IMG/VR virus record: IMGVR_UViG_3300046008_001858
DNA from: an uncultured virus (IMG/VR IMGVR_UViG_3300046008_001858)
Taxonomy: Duplodnaviria > Heunggongvirae > Uroviricota > Caudoviricetes
Length of the DNA: 20,000 nt
Reading direction: 5' to 3' (one strand)
Shown one piece after another: positions 17,398 through 20,000 of the stretch. A program made the translations under genes and the position numbers. Below the pieces are notes generated by a model. That model had not been told where the DNA came from. It saw nothing but the letters and a program-made list of their open reading frames with translations, and did not search any database. The stretch's first letter is position 1, and each line of letters starts with the position of its first letter.

Positions 17398-17695
17398 CTT
17401 CTTCATCTTCTTCTTCGTCACACAATTCTTCAAAATAAACATCTGCATAATCTTTAACTGTATCTATAGCTGAACATTTTAAATCTTCGAGTGTATCTAA
17501 ATCAACTGAATCTAATTCAATTGTATTTAATCCTGAATCTAATTGAATTTTATATCTTTTTAAAAAATCTGCTTTTGACTTGGATGCTAAAAGATAATTT
17601 AGATTATGATTGTAAAGATTAAAAGATGAATTTTTATTATCAATATCATCCATAACTGCCTCTAAATTTTTAAGTGATTTTGTTATTTTATTCAT
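17390..17695 (-). CDS. Hypothetical protein with acidic C-terminal tail
   Basis: AAGGA RBS; ends EELCDEEEDEEDD. Confidence 0.75.
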   Translation of the reverse strand: MNKITKSLKNLEAVMDDIDNKNSSFNLYNHNLNYLLASKSKADFLKRYKIQLDSGLNTIELDSVDLDTLEDLKCSAIDTVKDYADVYFEELCDEEEDEEDD

Positions 17696-17713
17696 AATTT
17701 AATTCCTTTTATT

Positions 17714-18133
17714 TTAGTTTATTTTTTTTAAAAATTTATTATACTCTTTCAATATTTTTTCTACGCTTATTTTTTCATTAAAGATTACAATCTTATTTAA
17801 ATTAAAAAAAATATTTTTATTTGCAAGAACTTGCTTACAGATAAAATCAATATGTATTGAATGCAAGTATAAATTTTGATCTTTATATCTTGTAAGAGGA
17901 GATAAATTAATATAGTCCTCATTATTATCATTTTGTAAAACACTATATTCATTTCCACTTACAGAAATTTTTTTACCAAATGAATCAATAAATATAAATG
18001 TATATTCATTGAAAGTCATTATTTTTCTTCCTCTAAAATTACAAACATAATTTATATTAAAATTACCATGTATTTTAGATGGGGATTTTTTAATATTAGA
18101 ATGAATATGTTGATCAAAATGTATTGAATTCAT
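17714..18133 (-). CDS. Hypothetical protein, paralogue of 18183-18569
   Basis: GNFNINYVCNFRGRKI...SIHIDFIC motif shared with its neighbour; GGGGG RBS. Confidence 0.75.
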   Translation of the reverse strand: MNSIHFDQHIHSNIKKSPSKIHGNFNINYVCNFRGRKIMTFNEYTFIFIDSFGKKISVSGNEYSVLQNDNNEDYINLSPLTRYKDQNLYLHSIHIDFICKQVLANKNIFFNLNKIVIFNEKISVEKILKEYNKFLKKIN

Positions 18134-18182
18134 AATAATACCCCCAATTTTTTATCTTATTTTATAATAAATCATCTTAAAA

Positions 18183-18569
18183 TTACATTAAAATATTTTT
18201 TAAATACCTTAAATGTTTTGCTTTAAATGAAGTTAAACTTATGGGTTTATTAATAATTAGTAATTTATTAATACGATAATGCTCTTCATTGTTATCGACA
18301 AAATAAACACACACAATATCCATTGTTATAGATATTAATTTAAATGACATATCATTTATTTCATTGAAAAAATTAAAGTCAAGATAGTGCAATCCAGATT
18401 TTGATTTAACAATATTTTTATTAGTTATTGGAATTGATAAAATTTCATTCTTAGAATTTTTAAATGTTAATAAGTATTTATTTATATTTACTATTTTTCT
18501 ATCTCTAAAATCACAAATATAAGAAATATTTAAATTTCCACTAAGAATTTGTACTTTTGTTGAAAACAT
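18183..18569 (-). CDS. Hypothetical protein, paralogue of 17714-18133
   Basis: GNLNISYICDFRDRKI...SITMDIVC; AAGGA RBS. Confidence 0.75.
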   Translation of the reverse strand: MFSTKVQILSGNLNISYICDFRDRKIVNINKYLLTFKNSKNEILSIPITNKNIVKSKSGLHYLDFNFFNEINDMSFKLISITMDIVCVYFVDNNEEHYRINKLLIINKPISLTSFKAKHLRYLKNILM

Positions 18570-18758
18570 TTTTAAATCCTTTATAATAAATATATTTATT
18601 ATATCAATTTTATTATTAAATGATTATTAGATTTATTTTTATATATAAAAAACTTCTTTTTAAGTTATAAAAACATATAATATATCTATAACAATAAGAT
18701 CCATCTAATGGAAATTTAACTGGTTTTTACTTTTGTAAAAACAAAAAAGGTGTTTAAA

Positions 18759-19415
18759 ATGTCTGTAGAATCTGTTAAAAACGATATTCAATCTGTATTG
18801 AATCGTGTCAATAGAATTGAACTTGCTCATGGTGGTTGTAATTGTTATCATGGAGATAATAAATTTAAAACTAATTCAACTATTAGTTCAGTTGAAAAAG
18901 ATAATCACGGTGGTTATTATCTTAATATGTATAATGACAATTTAAAAATTGGCGGAGAAGATGACGATGACGAAAACGATTCAACTCTAGAAGATAGTTT
19001 ATTTTCAGCCATAAGAAAAGAAGTTGTAAGTGTCAATAAAGATATTGAAATTATTGAAATTTATGGTCAAGAAAAAGGTTATTTTTCTATAAGACTTGCA
19101 TTAAAAAGTGAGGCTTCAAAAAATAAATCATTGAAAAGTATTAATGAAAAAATTCTTAAATTAGAATTAAAATTAAGAGAATTCAATAAAGAAGTTGCTA
19201 TTAAAATTAGCCAACAAAAATCTAAAAAGAAGACATGTACACATTGTGATAGTAATGTGAATATTGATTTTATAAAAGATTCATATAATGCGAGATCTCA
19301 TTTGTGTCCAGTATGTCATAAACCGATGTACACGGATACGGAATTGAAGAAGCTTAAATCAATAACTGATAAAATCAGTGAATTGAAAAGTGAAATACAA
19401 AAAATTATAGCATAA
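18759..19415 (+). CDS. Zinc-ribbon-containing hypothetical protein
   Basis: CTHC...CPVC flanked by coiled-coil-like segments. AAAGG RBS favours the ATG at 18759. TTAAG-N11-TATAAT at 18660-18681. Confidence 0.8.
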   Translation: MSVESVKNDIQSVLNRVNRIELAHGGCNCYHGDNKFKTNSTISSVEKDNHGGYYLNMYNDNLKIGGEDDDDENDSTLEDSLFSAIRKEVVSVNKDIEIIEIYGQEKGYFSIRLALKSEASKNKSLKSINEKILKLELKLREFNKEVAIKISQQKSKKKTCTHCDSNVNIDFIKDSYNARSHLCPVCHKPMYTDTELKKLKSITDKISELKSEIQKIIA

Positions 19416-19425
19416 AGGGCTAAAC

Positions 19426-19626
19426 ATGTTTTTTAAAAAAGAGGAACAAAGTTTTGAAGATATAATGGCATCTATTGAGAGCTATCAAAAATATTTCAAA
19501 ACTCAAACAGAGCTTCATAAATCAAGAATGGTTTCTTTGGAAATTAAAAAAAAGGTAGCAGAAGATTTTGCTCCTATTTTAATGGATTTTAAGAAATTGA
19601 ATTTTAAATTAAAGCATATGCTATAA
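19426..19626 (+). CDS. Small hypothetical protein (66 aa)
   Basis: AAAGGG RBS directly after the upstream stop. Confidence 0.65.
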   Translation: MFFKKEEQSFEDIMASIESYQKYFKTQTELHKSRMVSLEIKKKVAEDFAPILMDFKKLNFKLKHML

Positions 19627-19706
19627 AATATCTGGCAATTTTGTCAGATACTTTCTTTTTAAGATATAATTTTATATAAAATATATTTCTCAGAGGCAAA
19701 TTTAAA

Positions 19707-20000
19707 ATGAAAAAACAATTAATATTACTTAGCTTTGTATCATCTATGTTATTAGCTGATACATTTATAAATCCATTACCAAATTCAGTTAAGGCTACTG
19801 ACAATGGTGGAAGTAAATCAGCTATAGATGCATATAAAGATGGTATAGGTGCTGAACTTATGGATAAGCCAGGAATTGCAACAGATAATTCAGCCTTTAA
19901 TACTTTAACTCTTAAATATGGTGAAGCAGCTAAAGCAAATAATGTAAGTGTAGTTGATCAAGTACTTCATGGAAATTCAAATCCTACTTCAACTGATTTA
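19707..20000 (+). CDS. Secreted modular protein, family copy 3 (truncated by window end; not in ORF track)
   Basis: MKKQLILLSFVSSMLLA-DTFINPLPNSVKATDNGGSKSAIDAYKDGIGAELMDKPGIATDNSAFNTLTLKYGEAAKANNVSVVDQVLHGNSNPTSTDL; clearly homologous to copies 1 and 2. Confidence 0.9.
   Translation, partial: MKKQLILLSFVSSMLLADTFINPLPNSVKATDNGGSKSAIDAYKDGIGAELMDKPGIATDNSAFNTLTLKYGEAAKANNVSVVDQVLHGNSNPTSTDL

Overview
Very AT-rich 20-kb window made up mostly of short orphan ORFs, many with their own promoter and RBS, and with no housekeeping or virion genes. It reads like the accessory region of a jumbo phage or megaplasmid. A Campylobacterota-like host is inferred from the GGDEF-EAL protein style, AAGG/GAAAGG RBSs and TTAAG-N10/11-TATAAT promoters. 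Recognisable genes are a membrane GGDEF-EAL protein (EAL domain has a 5-aa deletion), a DUF1917/eIF4E-fold protein, two tandem S8 subtilisin proteases with outer-membrane-type C-termini (one lipidated) and a SLOG/YspA-like protein. Three things stand out. (1) An ~800-nt non-coding, heavily structured locus (4865-5670) holds two tRNA-Leu-like RNAs whose anticodon loops are replaced by ~100-nt structured inserts. (2) A three-copy family of secreted proteins has a conserved N-terminal domain, variable-number Cys repeats and swapped C-terminal domains (fibrinogen-like vs LRR/L-domain-like), and shows mosaicism. (3) A repeated multi-hairpin leader abuts the RBS of three genes. All family assignments come from motif recognition by eye, not from database searches.
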